From assembly GCF_002113885.1 (NCBI RefSeq), contig NW_018406560.1:361713-425712 (forward strand): 64,000 bases of DNA, in the 5' to 3' direction. The notes beneath the pieces are model-generated. The model had not been told where the DNA came from and did not search any database. It saw only the letters and a list, made by a program, of their open reading frames with translations. This DNA is from Mizuhopecten yessoensis (taxonomy: Eukaryota). Within the stretch, counting starts at the first letter, position 1, and each line of letters opens with the position of its first letter. This document shows positions 61,826 to 64,000 of this stretch, one piece after another. The translations under genes and the position numbers were made by a program.

Positions 61826-62881
61826 GGGCTACGTAGGGAAAAAAACATTTTCGTGTTATATACTCGAAATTTTAAGATAATAACTCGCAATTTCGAGATA
61901 ATGACTCGCAATTTCGAGAGATTAATTATTTAAATCACACTCTGATCAGTCTTGGTCTTCTTCTAACCTAGAAAAGGTATTTGGTCTTTAATTCTATGAC
62001 TTTAATGCTGAGACCCCGCATTCTGTTTATTAGGTAAACCGGCTTTGTTTCCCGGTCTTAACATTAAAACACACTCTGTGAACCAGCGTTACAACACGTT
62101 CTGTTCTAGTAAATCCTTATAACTAGATAAGAAAATTAACAGTTCCCGGATATCAGCATACATTCTTTTTATAAACACTGTTCTCAATTATTTATTTTTC
62201 ATTTTTTATTTTTTTGTAAGTGAAAGTTGAAAATGAACAGATCTAGAACAGAGCGTGATGTAGATTCACAAGGAGTATGTTTGATATTGTAGAGAAAGTA
62301 TTAGACGCGAAAACAAAGCCGGTTTACAGAGTACGGTGTTAAGTTAGCGAAGATAAAGAGTTAAAGACCAGATTATTTGTCCAGTTTACAGAAAGAACCG
62401 GATTGGACAGAATCAAGTTAAAATAAAATCCACAGTACATCGAATTAATTATCAAATAATTAAGTGCAAATACATTATAAAATGCCCAATATGGAACTAA
62501 TGCGCATCTAGATTTCAATCTGTGGCATGTCCTTGGAACCTTCTAGAGGGGCTTTGTGCTTTAAGCGAAAGCAGTATTCCTGTATTAACCATGCATGTTC
62601 AATATAAAGGGGAAAATAATTTAAATATTCATTCACTTGTATTTCTATAGCTTCGGGGGTTTCGCTCTCCCGCCCTCCCCTTAACCCTCGCCGAGGCTTC
62701 GCCATTGGGCTCCTCCTAGTATGGCTAAACGACAGGTTGTACGACTGTATGAAAATCCTCGATCCGCCCCTGAATTATTTGCATTGCCCATTTCAAAATC
62801 TCGAGTTATTAAGTCGAAATTTCGGGTTACATTAACGAGTAAGTAACACGATAAAATGACACTAATTTTTTTACGTGGCCT
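61826..62881. mobile_element. Nested non-autonomous DNA elements: outer TIR element with ~21-bp subterminal repeats containing a second inverted-repeat element (~61925-62428)
   Basis: GGCTACGTA...TTTTCGTGTTA versus TAACACGA...TTTTTACGTGGCC; inner GTAAACCGGCTTTGTTT / AAACAAAGCCGGTTTAC and TGGTCTTTAA / TTAAAGACCA. Confidence 0.55.
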
Positions 62882-64000
62882 GAGTGCTCCTCCGTGGTAC
62901 GGATATTCGAGATCTTTTGTTGTATAGATGTGTTTTGAGGGAAGAGCGGAATGCCCTGCCGTCGTAATGTTATACGTTTGGTAAACGTGTCGTTCTGTAT
63001 ACTATCTCTGAATACCTCGCACATTTCCCCGCGCAATAACATTCCTATTGCTGACAAATTACTCTCAGTGCGAAATCCGTTCAGAGTTGGAGAGGTCGTT
63101 GAACCATATGTAACCTTCTCCCAAAAAAACCCACTGCTTTTGTCTGTGCGTATATACTGTTGGGCTTTCCAACCACTACATCGGTGTGTAAACCAGGGAC
63201 CTGTTTCGAAATTGTAAAGTCTTCCATCACGCCTTGTTCTGTAAAAGTGAGAAATTAATGAACACTCAAAGAATATCAGCGACATGAATGGCGGTATCAA
63301 AAGTAAATAACAGTCTATCAATATGACATATATTGGTCTTGCTTTCCCGTTACAAATATCACCTACAGGTTTGTATTTGGAGACTAAAACCATACAGATG
63401 GTTCACACACTGCTTGTTCGGCATTAAAGCTCACATTTACGTTACCCAAGGTTGTTCGTGAGTGACACATTCAGAGTGTCGGCCAGCTGTCGAAGCACCA
63501 ACAGTTTTTCCTAAACTATAAAAATGTCCAATTTGGAGAGCAATGCCTCAGTTTGGAAAGCCATTACTTCAAGTTAACGTTAGCTAAGGAACTTTCATGA
63601 ACGCGTTGTCTGGGCTACATTACGTTAACCAAGGTTATATTGGAGTCGAGAGAGTTAAACGAAGGTCAAAGTACGAACTTTACTTGTTGCTCAGCCGCAC
63701 CATACGACACGTTCAAATTTATTATCACTTCACAACCCTCTGTCATTATTGCCTTATTTAACGTAAACCCCTGATAGACGCAGTGAGTGTGTTTTAAAAG
63801 CATGATCTGTAAGACTCGAGTTATCTAATATAAGTTTTTCTTTCTTACGTAATTCGTATTATTACACTTGACATAACCGAACGCGTCCTAAATGTGTGTT
63901 CTGTCTGGCATTCTAGTCAGATCACCAGTGATAACAAAATAATTTTTTTACGTAAAAAAATCAACGTCGTCATTATCGTATTTATTTAAAAGAGGCCAAG

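Noticed and set aside
62827-63393. 188-aa - strand ORF
   Set aside because: No recognisable motif, overlaps a TE terminus, no clear splice context; cannot support a CDS call.

Overview
AT-rich, intron- and repeat-rich eukaryotic DNA. The repeat content (V-, CORE- and Meta-type SINEs, pearl/HINE-type elements, TTAA MITEs) suggests a bivalve mollusc; this is inference. Three spliced protein-coding genes can be read with consistent splice phases: (1) the 3' part of an unidentified + strand gene (exons 1310-1619, optional 5218-5241, 5314-5486, 14247-14366); (2) a complete 3-exon XK-related (XKR/CED-8 family) scramblase on the - strand (50284 to 34713, 485 aa); (3) a complete regucalcin/SMP30 gene with 5 coding exons on the + strand (52291-58156, 301 aa), head-to-head with the XKR gene. 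About 18 distinct minisatellite arrays account for nearly all long ORFs in the track, which are artefacts. Most notable: a 395-bp TRIM mini-LTR retrotransposon whose LTRs each carry a tRNA-derived Pol III promoter, with two relatives nearby; a regucalcin exon 3' end plus splice donor amplified into a 6-copy tandem array; and candidate caspase-3 and PPxY motifs in the XKR protein. No CRISPR, rRNA or intact tRNA gene was seen. Coordinates were counted by hand and repeat boundaries are approximate.
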